From assembly GCF_000981445.1 (NCBI RefSeq), contig NC_027218.1, forward strand, positions 1-64,000: a DNA stretch of 64,000 nucleotides, in the 5' to 3' direction. The stretch is from Babesia bigemina (taxonomy: Eukaryota). Under the pieces are notes generated by a model, which saw nothing but the letters and a program-made list of their open reading frames with translations, made no database searches and had not been told where the DNA came from. Below are positions 11,601 through 21,546 of this stretch, piece after piece (position 1 is the first letter of the stretch; each line of letters begins with the position of its first letter). A program made the position numbers and the translations under genes.

Positions 11601-13989
11601 TAATACCTTCGTCTCTTTACTTAATGCCCTCTCCTCCTCCCTCCACTCCTTATCCCCCTCCGCCTTCGCCAACCCCCGGCACCCGGAGCTGCTCGATGCG
11701 GTCAGAGCGGGGCTGCAGGGGTTTGTGGAGGAGATGGAGCGGGTGTATGTGAACGGGTATGATGGGCATGAGGAGGGTATTAAATTTGATGAATTAGTTA
11801 TTAAGGGAAGTGATAAAGATGAAAAATTGTCGGATGACGGAAGAAATTTGTCGAAGGTATTTTTGACGATTTTGGAGACATTGTACCATGACTTTGTTGG
11901 ATTACAGAATGGTTGTAAAAAAGACGCTTCGGGTAATACACAGCAACTTTGTCAGTACGTAGAAGCAAATGGCAAGCGAAATAGCAACCGACTCGGCAGC
12001 TGGTTGAAGGAGCGTGGCTACAACGTGCCCTCAACTAAGGACAAGCAGGACGGTGAATTGAACAGTAAAAAGACGGGGAAAGATATTTACGATGAGCTGC
12101 TTATTAAGAAACTTGAAAATGCGTCCTCGAACACTATCTTAACCACCTGGAAAACAACGAAAAACTCGGGTACCGCCGGCAGCACTAGCAACGATGACAT
12201 TACCCTTCTCGACATACTGGGCTTTTTCCACGACCAGTTGCTCGACTATTTCAAGACATCTCACCTTCGCCACATTTCCGCGCCGAAAGCACCGTGCAAC
12301 GTATATCAGATGCTGCAATGGCTCACGGGACTGCGGCATAATCCCATGTATGAGAAACTATGTGCGCACTTCAAGGGACTGTTCAAGAAACCTGAAGGAG
12401 ACAAAGCGCAAACGGAATCCGCCTACAAACTTGAATCCACTGACGCAAAGTTGAACGCTGAGGAATTAAGCACGATGCTTCGCGGAGTTTGCAACATATC
12501 GGTTGACGTGCTGGTTGCTATCCAGGGCCACGGGCACGCGGATGGTGTATATGCTGTGGACTTCTACGTTAACAGCGAAGGTCTGTCGTACCCGAGTAAC
12601 CCCGGCCAATGTTTCGATTTACTCGTCGACGTAGCATCTAGAGTATACCACCAGATGCTATTCGTTTACAAGCAGTGCAACAACGGTCCTCAGAGCTCCG
12701 GTTGGTCGGACTGCCACTATGGCAGGGGCATCGCCGGGTCAGCGTGGAACTGCAATACCCTTCAATGTCCCGACCAAGAGTGTAAGCAAAAGCATGACCA
12801 AACGGCCGACCAACATTACAAGTGCGGTGTAAAGTCGCCACTTCAGTCGTTCCTTGAAGATGGCCTCCCAGGGTTCCTGCCACATCAGTTCACTAAGCCG
12901 GGTTGTAAGCTGGAATGCGCTGTGCCGAATCACTTCGGCAAACCGTGCCTGACTCCCATGGGATTCGCGGACATCGGTATCGCAGCTTCTCACACGAAGC
13001 AGGGCAAGCATCTGAAAGAGGTGCTTGAGAAATTCTGTGGTAACGCCGATCAACGACTCACTAAGCTGTGCTCCATGCTGACGTGTCTGCTCCAGAAGCC
13101 TCCGCAGACTCTGGGTGACATCTTCGCTTTCTACCACAAATTCCTCAACGGTTGGGATGGGAGTGGTAAGCATAGGAAGGATGCATTTGACGAATCGGTT
13201 GATAAAGCCAATTTCAAACGTCATTATGATAAGCTAAATGCGTATTCAGTGTTTGATAGTACTCACTCATCGAATTCCAAAAGCCACTCCAATGGCGATC
13301 TGGTCAGCCTGGTTTGCCACTCAACCCCGTCTGGCAGATGCGGTCCATATCTGTATTCCCTCTATAATGAAATCAGCGGTTCATTCTCTAAGAAGCACGC
13401 AGACAAGTACGTATCGTGGATTGTTTATCTCACGCCAACTTTCTACGATTTACTGAAAAAGCTCTACGATGACTGCTGCAAATCGTGTGGCGGCGACAGG
13501 CCAAAGTGCCGTGTTGCTAAATGTCCGCCAACTTGTGCTACTACTAAGAATACTCAAAACACTAATCACAGCGAATTATGCAAATCTATTCTACAGTGCG
13601 ATACTACGGCATCTGTCTTATGCAGATACGGATTTGCGTTGTCAGACAGAACGAAGCTTAGTGGGACGGAAAAAGCGGAATGCAAGCGCACTTGCAAGGA
13701 TTTGTGTGAAATGCTCAAAAAAGTGCTTGATGAGGAATCGGTGTTGATGAAACTGTTCCACTCTATTGACAAATTCATATACACAATCCGTTTCCCCTTC
13801 ATGACACTAACCCTCGCACTCTGGCTCCTCTCTCTCCTCTACCTCCTCCACATCATGGTCATCCGCCTCGACCTGCTCCACATCAAATCGCATTTGCATA
13901 GTCCCTCATCACATCGCATAGCTGCTCAATCGCTACTTGCCGCGGCACGTGTTAATAAGTTTAACAGGGTGTTTTACCTGCAGCCATAA
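8662..13989 (+). CDS. ves1: ves1-family variant surface antigen, cassette 2 (continuous from the leader ATG)
   Basis: 1775-aa ORF with the GIVYSDLDRLCD block, SPLQSFLEDGLPGFLPH motif, TM and tail LDLLHIKSHLHSPSSHRIAAQSLL..FYLQP. Confidence 0.9.
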   Translation: MTSINHPNNLCLVTLHFPSFTSCHCPDHVPPRELDKKFDKILNLKITSTNNPINILTNLCTGLETFLGFNSESKGYDGTGIVYSDLDRLCDAVMGFLSGVLGAVKNENEVTTYDNYMTKKLNEVLDTLTKNIGSGRAGLAASVRAVKEWLEGYGKSVNQKCEDVKTPLILIRNDINNVEQKFQEQKNKTLRDQHKAWKHILELYLGHADVAEKAQDKLDSQLIRKLETPVTAIKDAVKLLEESARNKKLAEELKAVDEELLRQRRSIENRMAQEFRNLRENLTALTEMKDEKFARLKNVVKEAKVEANKLISEYKGTYNNEIDRLFKEVTIALNDITKKSGPERKCKLNELFGQIKKKVSNIGIEIGSSNVELAEWKVAAGNVLENAMRTCEDVVEKLNITSNNDLKTPLHRVKLKATELNDAYQGANNKLQQVAQKAEAAFKQLGTLHTDVKEKVPKGLDDFNNGAVEWNVNGQIVALTSSITSNVEGYMKELSATFTDAAASASWSGNLRPGVTKLVGALQNGNLGTELKILGGVLQQANSKAHNNINDALYNLEITLSHFKQAMVHWGELPSEFSSHDILKDLKGAFSTKAIADTFKTNLGTLLQQAAQKGVDELNRQIQAAREITAIKTVDTTVDAVVSAIDTNNAQITEAVGNIESQLVSISTMVKEEPTKTKQTVNDYLADLKTMMTLNNDDVKLLAKYLPPLPAVSVKGLMNIQAKLADLHRRICNIPTNGDADTKEIARIIKYLEEIPEQVEERRRTALTKMMALESNIDLLHKLLDNVDVNVTLAETDIQSSIDSINNALKQAVAKCQATISSAFSTLTAAVRTLFAEQKKADLHALKGVVEEQMKVIEGIIDKDKRTGIKGLLKAVNGMKVTIISSDSPTFPTSTTELLDNIKKDLPLSTPFTKGHFTQLSTKFHDYYKNVDTYIKDQVKPPTSPPPTNPASKLTKIKDDFDKLLTHLSASNSTKKYNYDNTFVSLLNALSSSLHSLSPSAFANPRHPELLDAVRAGLQGFVEEMERVYVNGYDGHEEGIKFDELVIKGSDKDEKLSDDGRNLSKVFLTILETLYHDFVGLQNGCKKDASGNTQQLCQYVEANGKRNSNRLGSWLKERGYNVPSTKDKQDGELNSKKTGKDIYDELLIKKLENASSNTILTTWKTTKNSGTAGSTSNDDITLLDILGFFHDQLLDYFKTSHLRHISAPKAPCNVYQMLQWLTGLRHNPMYEKLCAHFKGLFKKPEGDKAQTESAYKLESTDAKLNAEELSTMLRGVCNISVDVLVAIQGHGHADGVYAVDFYVNSEGLSYPSNPGQCFDLLVDVASRVYHQMLFVYKQCNNGPQSSGWSDCHYGRGIAGSAWNCNTLQCPDQECKQKHDQTADQHYKCGVKSPLQSFLEDGLPGFLPHQFTKPGCKLECAVPNHFGKPCLTPMGFADIGIAASHTKQGKHLKEVLEKFCGNADQRLTKLCSMLTCLLQKPPQTLGDIFAFYHKFLNGWDGSGKHRKDAFDESVDKANFKRHYDKLNAYSVFDSTHSSNSKSHSNGDLVSLVCHSTPSGRCGPYLYSLYNEISGSFSKKHADKYVSWIVYLTPTFYDLLKKLYDDCCKSCGGDRPKCRVAKCPPTCATTKNTQNTNHSELCKSILQCDTTASVLCRYGFALSDRTKLSGTEKAECKRTCKDLCEMLKKVLDEESVLMKLFHSIDKFIYTIRFPFMTLTLALWLLSLLYLLHIMVIRLDLLHIKSHLHSPSSHRIAAQSLLAAARVNKFNRVFYLQP

Positions 13990-14113
13990 TCGTACTCACG
14001 TGTTCACTGTCCACACTCACCTAGCATATCACCTACTCACCTAACTTATGAATTGTGCTTTAATCTGTTGTATCACTCATTAATCGTTGTATGTGATTGT
14101 GTAATAGTTAACT

Positions 14114-14300
14114 AAAGTGCTGACCAAGGTGCTGCCCAAAGTGTTGACCAAAGTGCTGACCAAGATGCTGCCCAAAGTGGTGACCAAGGTGGTGACCAAT
14201 GCCATGACCAAGGTGCTGACCAAGGTGCTGACCAACGTGTTGACCAAGGTGGTGACCAATGCCATGACCAAAGTGGTGACCAAAGTGTTGACCAAGTTGA
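14114..14300. repeat. 12-bp minisatellite TGACCAA(A/G/T/C)GTG(C/T/G)
   Basis: About 15 tandem units. Confidence 0.93.
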
Positions 14301-14364
14301 TGGTCACGGCAGCGATGACAGGGTTACGGCAGCGATGACATGGTCACGGCAGCGATGACATGGT
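14301..14364. repeat. 20-bp minisatellite (3 units)
   Basis: cacggcagcgatgacatggt units. Confidence 0.85.
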
Positions 14365-14385
14365 GAGCTAAGTGGTATTTATCAT

Positions 14386-15514
14386 CCACTCTACATCGCT
14401 CCCTAACCCACTCTACATCGCTCCCTAACCCACTCTACATCGCCCCTAATCCACTCTACATCGCCCCTTAACCGACTCTACATCGCTCCTTTATCCACTC
14501 TACATCGCTCCTTTATCCACTCCACATCGCCCCTTACCCACTCCACATCGCCTCTTAACCCACCCTACATCGCCCCTTTAACCACTCTACATCGCTCCTT
14601 AACCCACTCCACATCGCCCCTTTAACCACTCTACATCGCCCCTTTATCCACTCTACATCGCTCCTCTATCCACTCCACATCGCCCCTTTATCCACTCCAC
14701 ATCGCCCCTTATCCACTCTACATCGCTCCCTAACCCACTCTACATCGCTCCTCTATCCACTCCGCATCGCCCTTTACCCACTCTACATCGCTCCCTAACC
14801 CACTCTGCATCGCTCCTTTATCCACTCTACATCGCCCCTTTACCCACCCTTCATCGCTCCCTTATCCACTCCACATCGCCCCTTTATCCACTCTACATCG
14901 CTCCCTAATCCACTCTACATCGCTCCCTTACCCACTCTACATCGCCCCTTTATCCACTCTACATCGCTCCCTAACCCACTCTACATCGCCCCTTTATCCA
15001 CTCTACATCGCCCCTTTACCCACTCTACATCGCCCCTTAACCCACTCTACATCGCTCCTCTATCCACTCTACATCGCTCCCTAACCCACTCCACATCGCT
15101 CCTCTATCCACCCTACATCGCTCCCTTACCCACTCTACATCGCCCCTTTACCCACTCTACATCGCTCCCTAACCCACTCTACGTCGCTCCCTAATCCACT
15201 CTTCATCGCTCCTTTACCCACTCAACATCGCTCCCTAACCCACTCTACATCGCTCCCTGACCCACTCTACATCGCTCCCTAACCCACTCTACATCGCCCC
15301 TTTATCCACTCTACATCGCCCCTTTACCCACTCTACATCGCCCCTTTACCCACTCTACATCGCCCCTTTATCCACTCTACATCGCCCCTTAACCCACTCC
15401 ACATCGCTCCCTAATCCACTCTACATCGCTCCCTTACCCACTCTACATCGCCCCTTAACCCACTCTACATCGCCCCTCTATCCACTCCACATCGCTCCTT
15501 TACCCACTCTACAT
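14386..15514. repeat. 22-bp minisatellite array
   Basis: About 51 units upstream of cassette 3. Confidence 0.98.
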
Positions 15515-15666
15515 TCTTCGAATTACCTCGCCTTAATACCGCTATGACCTCTATTAACCATTACAATAACTTGTGCCTTGTCACCCTTCACTTCCCCTCT
15601 TCCACCTCTTGCCACTGCCCTGACCATGTGTCGCCTAGGGAGCTTGACAAGAAATTTGACTAAATT

Positions 15667-18600
15667 TTGAACCTTAAAATTACCTCAAATAATAACCCTA
15701 CTAACATCCTTAATAACCTCTGCACTGGCCTCGAAAAGTTTCTCGGCTTCAACTCTGAGTCCAAAGGCTACACTGGCCAGGGGATTGTGTACTCTGACTT
15801 GGATAGGCTGTGTGATGCGGTGATGGGATTTTTGAGTGGTGTTCTCAGTAACATCAAAGGCCATTTAGGGCAGCATAAAGGTACTTTAAATGATGCAATT
15901 TACACTCTTAACACCAATAAACACGCCGGTAAAAAAGGTTTTAATGCTGCGATTGAAAGTGTGGTCGCAGGGGTGCGGGGGTATAATGGTAATGTAAAAA
16001 CATCCAATGATCTTGTTAAAACGGCAATAAAAAAACTTCAAAGGGACATGAAAAATTATAAAAAAGAAGAGTTACAAACTAAATTGCCAAATAACATTAA
16101 TCCAAAAAGGCCTACGGCTTCCACCCAAGAGAGTGTGGAGAAGGCAATGTCCTTGGTGGAGGATTGTCGAAAATTTGCAAAAGACTTTATTACTGCTGTT
16201 GACATTAAAACCAATAAAAGTGAGACAATAAACGCGATAAAAGACTTAAATCCTAAATTACGGGATACAATTGAGAACGTGCGTAAGAATTTGCAGCATG
16301 AGAGTAAGCGTCTTAAAGAGTTGTCGAGTAAAGAGAGTGAGAAGTTGAAGGCGACGGAGGAGAAGATAAAAAAAGCACTTGGAGATCTCAAATGCAACGT
16401 GAACAATAGAATAGATGTCCAGGTAAACGAGCTGGTAAATCATTTGAGGAAATTGGTGAAGGAAAACATTTTGCCTAAATTGCAGGAGGTTGATACGAAT
16501 TTGTTCAAGTATGTTGAGACGTTGCAGGAGTGGATTACGGAGGCGGATGGTATTCTAAAAATAGCGTTAGAGAAGGTTAAGAAGATATTGCAAGAGGTGA
16601 ATTGGGATGATCAGACAAAATTTCCTAGACAAATCGTTCAGGCATCTGACCTTATGAACATCCTGTTGCAGGGTAACGCAGAGGAGTTGCAAAAATGGAG
16701 AGACGCGGCCGGGAGCGTTGTGAGCGCGGCGAAGGAGAAGTGTAAGACAATTGGTGGGATGGTTGAGACTGGAACTGCAGGTAGTGACAAAATCCACGGG
16801 TTGGCTAAAGATATGCATGATAAGGCAGAGAAGCTCAGGAAGGCGGCGCAGCACATTAAGGATAATATTGGTACGTGGGTTAGAACAGCGCTTACGCAGG
16901 TGAAGGATATGGATGAGGCGCTTAAAGGGGATTTGTATAAGGTGAAGGAGGCGGTGGATGGGCAGGTGACGGAGATTAAAACGGCGATTGGGAAGTTGTA
17001 TGATAAATTTGATGCATACGGTAGAGGTCTGCAAAATAAAGAAGAAGATAAGAAGAAGGTTGAAGAGGTTATCAAACATTTCAAAATACAAGTTGCAGGT
17101 ATTAGGGGTAACGCAAAAGGTTTTCGAGGAAGCGCCGACGGTCTTGCGGCGATTAGAAAGTATGTGTGGGAGAAGTATGCAGAGAAGTTTGCCGGGTCTA
17201 AGTTTGAAGATGAAATTGTCAAGGGTTGGATTGCAGATATTTGGGATAATAACGGCATGGTTAAGAAGTGGATCAAGGGGTATGTTGAGGGAAATAAACA
17301 CCGGAGGATCACAGGAAGCGTCACATATTTTAAGGCGGAACACATAGATAATCAAAATAATATAATACAGAAGAATCATACACAAAAAATTGCAGGTATA
17401 ATTATGGCAAATCTGAAAGACAGAATAAGTCAAGCTACTTCAAACATTACGGCTGGAGAAGAACAAACAAGTAAAATGAATCTGGAATATGTTAGAGATA
17501 TGTGCACTAGTTTTGCGCAGCGCATCGGTGAGAAGATTATGGAAAGTAAATTTGGTAGCTTTGCATCCACAATAGCCACTGAAGTTGACACTACAGTTAG
17601 AAATGAAGAGGTTACATCCAATGACGTTGATAGAGTATGTTTAACAAACGCCGTTCATGCCATTCTAGCAGCTCTATATGCCAAAGCTAAGCAAGCTGGT
17701 GACCAACTCCATAAACTGCTTGCAGAGTGCAACCTTGGATATATCGATAGTGCTTATAACAAAGCAACAGATTTCGTAGAAAAACTGGATAAAGCGCTTA
17801 ATGATACTGACGGCACCAACCACGCCGCCGCCGTCGACACCGCGATCGACGGGGTGACTAGCAAGCTGGAGGAGCAGTTGCTTAAGGATGCTGAGAAGCT
17901 GGCAAGTCATGTAAAACTTCCCACTGACGATCCCAAATTCCAGGGTTACAGAGGTTTCGTCGCCCAGACAGAAGAAGCACTTCAATCCCTCAAGAACGGC
18001 CTGAAAGGCACCCGCGATGAAGGCCACCTCCCCGCGGCGATCGGTGAGATAAAGACAAATGTGACGAGTAAGCTGACTGAGAAAGGTCTTGAAGCGGAAA
18101 TTAATGACAGAAACACCTTCACAACCCCCTTCGACCAAATCACCACCAAACTCAAAACCATCGCCGGGTTGGTTGAAAAAGGCAAAGGAACAGAGGCAAC
18201 AGTCCCTGTCGGTGACGCTGACGGTATAAAGAACAAGTTGGACGCTCTCACCACTGGCCTTGCAAATGGACCTTTAAGTACTGCAAACGGTTTACAACAG
18301 ATTCAAGAGAGCCTCAAGGATCTGCTTACACATACCGTGCCACTTGTCACTCTCAATCTCAACGAACTGTGCAATGCAGTTATCGATGCCGCCGGGCATG
18401 GACGCTATCAGGATGGCCTTAACACCAAACTAAGTGAGCTTAAAGAAATGTACTTTAAGCAGTACAAGGATGGCGTCACGAATGCGGAGAAAAGCATTAA
18501 CAAAATAAAGGACAATCTTAATAAGCTGAGAGGCCCTGTCACCGATGCCCTCGTAGCTGCTAAGAATTTCGTCGAACAAGACGCCGCCGACGCCGAGGAA

Positions 18601-21399
18601 CACTACACGAAGGAACTCAAAAAGTTCATCAACCAGGACGTAGAGGACGCCATTTCATCTCTCACCTCCCACGCCCGTCAGCAGTACGTCGACTCCATAA
18701 AGCTCCTGCTCCAGGCCTTCGCTGAAAAAGCGCAAGAGGAACTATCACCATTGCCAAAACTCATCGACACCGACTTGACAATAGGCTTTAAAGGCTTCAT
18801 GAAAGCTGTCGAGGGTGAAGTTACAGAAGGTGAAACTACTGGAGCAAATATTAAGAAGCTTAGCAGTCTGGCAACCGACCCCGTTGATTCGGCGGATAAG
18901 AAAACAGCATTCCAAAATCTGTCCAAGAATTTCAAGGAGTTCTACATTAATGTTCACCTATATGTTAAAAAAGAAGCAGTAAGACTGAACGAAGAGGAAA
19001 ACGACAAAAAGCATCCCGCTGTCAAGGATGTCTATGACTACCATGGACAGCTCATTGCAATTTACGACGCATTTAATGAGCTGATGGCACACATTCATAG
19101 AACACATAGATATGACCACATCCTGCCAGGTATGCTTGATAAAGTAGACGCTGCGCTCAGCAGCCTCAAACCTGACGGCTTTGCCAAGCCGAGCAGCCCG
19201 GTCATCGACGGTCTCATTGCGGGGCTCACTCACTTCATCGGTGAAATGCGTAGGGTTTACATCTCAGCATATGATAGTGTAACGTTTGGCGGTGAGCTGG
19301 TGAGAAATTTGCAGAGTGAAAAATCTGAGTTAACAAAGGAAGGCCGAAACGTCGCCAAAGCGTTCCTGACTTTACTGGCGACACTGTTCCACGACCTCGA
19401 CCGGTTGAGAGGCGAATGTAGAAGTTTGAGTAAACAGAAAATCAACCAATCCACTGACCTCGGAAGAACTATGAGAGGTCTTGGTTACAGCGTTTCTGTC
19501 GATAAGCAGGACGGTGAATTGCAGAATAAGGAGACAGTGCTCGGTGAGAACGTATATAAAAGAATATTGTGGCCGATAAAGGAGGCAGATGAAAATGAGC
19601 ATCTTGAGAGATGTGAATCGAGAGATCACGACAGAAATGATAAGTTCCACCTCTTAGACGTTCTTAACTGTATCTGCAGTCACGTGGAAGAGTACAATCA
19701 GGTCAGCCACTGTGCAACCTTCGCAGCTAAGAGGCAGCCATGTAGTGTGTTTGAAATGCTTATATGGTTTGCTGGACTGCCGTACAACAACGCATATGCT
19801 GAGTTGAAGTCCGACGGTTTCACTGACCTCCTGGATAACCCTGCCAAACCGCTCACCGATGATGACGACATCATCGTATACGACATGGATTCGTTCTACA
19901 TCGATGCGTGTCCCAGAAAGTTCACATATAGGAATATCAGAACCGTGCTACACCACATCTGTACCAAATCCTACGACATCCTATGTGCTATCGGAGGCCA
20001 CGGCGACGCCGGCACCATTTATGGCATTGACTTCTGCAACAACTCCTTCAGTATGAAATACCCCCAAAGCGGCGCCGATTGTCTGCAGATGTTCTTAGAT
20101 GTTCTTCGTAGAATCTTACCGCCGCTTAGGTACTTATTCAAGCGATGCGGTGTAAAGGCAGACCAATTCGGGTGGAGTGACTGCCTATACGGTAGGGATA
20201 TAGCCACAGGCAAATCGCAATGTACCGAGCATTCTAGCGATGAACCAAAGTGCCAACCTACGTCTCCGCTAATGAGCTACTTAAATGACTGCCTGCCAGG
20301 GCATTTACCACATCAGGTAAGCGCTATTGGCTGCAAGGCTGAATGTAAAACATGCCCTACCTCCAAACCAGGAATGCCGTGCTTGACACCGCTTGGCTTT
20401 AGAGGATTTTCGGGATCGACGCGTAAAGGTTGGGATTTGTATGAAACCCTAAGTTATTTCTTCGGCACCAATCTAATTTCATCGCTGCTATGCGTCGTTA
20501 CGAAACCGCCGTCTACGTTGCCTGAACACTTCGGTTTTGCTTTGTCACTTGTTAATAAGTGGCATGAATCTGGTACTCATCTTATTAAGGACGCATTCCA
20601 TTCGTCCACTCTCAGCAGATCCATTGGCCTGTATGATCAGACTGCCACACTGACGGACGCACTTCGTAATGCGTATGGTAGCACTCAGAATGGTCATCCA
20701 AATCGTGAAGTCAAACGTGCTGACTTGTCAAGTTTGTCAACGTCGACAGCAAGTGCGGAGCAAACTGCGTACACCGCTCCATACCTTCATTCACTATGCC
20801 ACGATGCCTACTACTACGTAGCCAAGAAACACGTGAATGCGTACCTTTCCTGGGCTCTGTATCTACCGTGGGATCTCCACAAATATCTTGAAAATTTACA
20901 TGACGCATTGAAAAATATTTTCTGCCGTGATTGGGGATGCAGCACGTGCCTCCGTGCTGACAAATGTAAACGAGGCGAACACGGTATTATTGAAGGGGCT
21001 TGCAAATGCTCCTCCGTCGTCAGCTGCAAAGGCATTTTGCCTACGCTGTATAAATACGGCTTCGTTTTTGAAGACGCCAAGAGTTTGACCGCATCCGAGA
21101 AAACATGTTTCGCATTTATACAGCAAGTCCAAAACGTCATTAGATCAGCATACTTCACGGAGTTATTTGACAGGTGCGACGAATTCATATTCACAATCAG
21201 AGCCCCATTCCTGTGGATGACCGTCGCCCTTTGGTCACTATCACTCTTCTACCTCCTTTGTGTCATGGTTGGCAGGCTGGATGTGCTCCACATACGCTCA
21301 CACCTGAGGATACCGTCATCGCACAAGATAACAGCGCAATCATTGTTGGCTGCAGCGCAAGTCGGAAGGCTTGCCAAGATATCGTACCTGCAACCGTAA
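15667..21399 (+). CDS. ves1: ves1-family variant surface antigen, cassette 3 (leader ATG 15544 cut off by in-frame TAA at 15661; first downstream ATG 15823)
   Basis: 1910-codon ORF with the conserved block, SPLMSYLNDCLPGHLPH, TM and GRLAKISYLQP tail; cassettes 2, 4, 5 and 6 have AAA at the TAA position. Confidence 0.88.
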   Translation: MNLKITSNNNPTNILNNLCTGLEKFLGFNSESKGYTGQGIVYSDLDRLCDAVMGFLSGVLSNIKGHLGQHKGTLNDAIYTLNTNKHAGKKGFNAAIESVVAGVRGYNGNVKTSNDLVKTAIKKLQRDMKNYKKEELQTKLPNNINPKRPTASTQESVEKAMSLVEDCRKFAKDFITAVDIKTNKSETINAIKDLNPKLRDTIENVRKNLQHESKRLKELSSKESEKLKATEEKIKKALGDLKCNVNNRIDVQVNELVNHLRKLVKENILPKLQEVDTNLFKYVETLQEWITEADGILKIALEKVKKILQEVNWDDQTKFPRQIVQASDLMNILLQGNAEELQKWRDAAGSVVSAAKEKCKTIGGMVETGTAGSDKIHGLAKDMHDKAEKLRKAAQHIKDNIGTWVRTALTQVKDMDEALKGDLYKVKEAVDGQVTEIKTAIGKLYDKFDAYGRGLQNKEEDKKKVEEVIKHFKIQVAGIRGNAKGFRGSADGLAAIRKYVWEKYAEKFAGSKFEDEIVKGWIADIWDNNGMVKKWIKGYVEGNKHRRITGSVTYFKAEHIDNQNNIIQKNHTQKIAGIIMANLKDRISQATSNITAGEEQTSKMNLEYVRDMCTSFAQRIGEKIMESKFGSFASTIATEVDTTVRNEEVTSNDVDRVCLTNAVHAILAALYAKAKQAGDQLHKLLAECNLGYIDSAYNKATDFVEKLDKALNDTDGTNHAAAVDTAIDGVTSKLEEQLLKDAEKLASHVKLPTDDPKFQGYRGFVAQTEEALQSLKNGLKGTRDEGHLPAAIGEIKTNVTSKLTEKGLEAEINDRNTFTTPFDQITTKLKTIAGLVEKGKGTEATVPVGDADGIKNKLDALTTGLANGPLSTANGLQQIQESLKDLLTHTVPLVTLNLNELCNAVIDAAGHGRYQDGLNTKLSELKEMYFKQYKDGVTNAEKSINKIKDNLNKLRGPVTDALVAAKNFVEQDAADAEEHYTKELKKFINQDVEDAISSLTSHARQQYVDSIKLLLQAFAEKAQEELSPLPKLIDTDLTIGFKGFMKAVEGEVTEGETTGANIKKLSSLATDPVDSADKKTAFQNLSKNFKEFYINVHLYVKKEAVRLNEEENDKKHPAVKDVYDYHGQLIAIYDAFNELMAHIHRTHRYDHILPGMLDKVDAALSSLKPDGFAKPSSPVIDGLIAGLTHFIGEMRRVYISAYDSVTFGGELVRNLQSEKSELTKEGRNVAKAFLTLLATLFHDLDRLRGECRSLSKQKINQSTDLGRTMRGLGYSVSVDKQDGELQNKETVLGENVYKRILWPIKEADENEHLERCESRDHDRNDKFHLLDVLNCICSHVEEYNQVSHCATFAAKRQPCSVFEMLIWFAGLPYNNAYAELKSDGFTDLLDNPAKPLTDDDDIIVYDMDSFYIDACPRKFTYRNIRTVLHHICTKSYDILCAIGGHGDAGTIYGIDFCNNSFSMKYPQSGADCLQMFLDVLRRILPPLRYLFKRCGVKADQFGWSDCLYGRDIATGKSQCTEHSSDEPKCQPTSPLMSYLNDCLPGHLPHQVSAIGCKAECKTCPTSKPGMPCLTPLGFRGFSGSTRKGWDLYETLSYFFGTNLISSLLCVVTKPPSTLPEHFGFALSLVNKWHESGTHLIKDAFHSSTLSRSIGLYDQTATLTDALRNAYGSTQNGHPNREVKRADLSSLSTSTASAEQTAYTAPYLHSLCHDAYYYVAKKHVNAYLSWALYLPWDLHKYLENLHDALKNIFCRDWGCSTCLRADKCKRGEHGIIEGACKCSSVVSCKGILPTLYKYGFVFEDAKSLTASEKTCFAFIQQVQNVIRSAYFTELFDRCDEFIFTIRAPFLWMTVALWSLSLFYLLCVMVGRLDVLHIRSHLRIPSSHKITAQSLLAAAQVGRLAKISYLQP

Positions 21400-21546
21400 T
21401 TGTATTCACGTTTATAATTCACATCAACTCACTTAAATACTCACCTACTCACCTAACCGACAAACGTAGTATAATGTCTCGAATTACTCAAGGGGTAACC
21501 TGTGAACTAAATAGCACCTAGATTAGATGATGACTGAACGACAAAG

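Noticed and set aside
8096..14364. Cassettes as transposons or retroelements
   Set aside because: No transposase, reverse transcriptase or integrase motifs, terminal inverted repeats, LTRs or target-site duplications seen.
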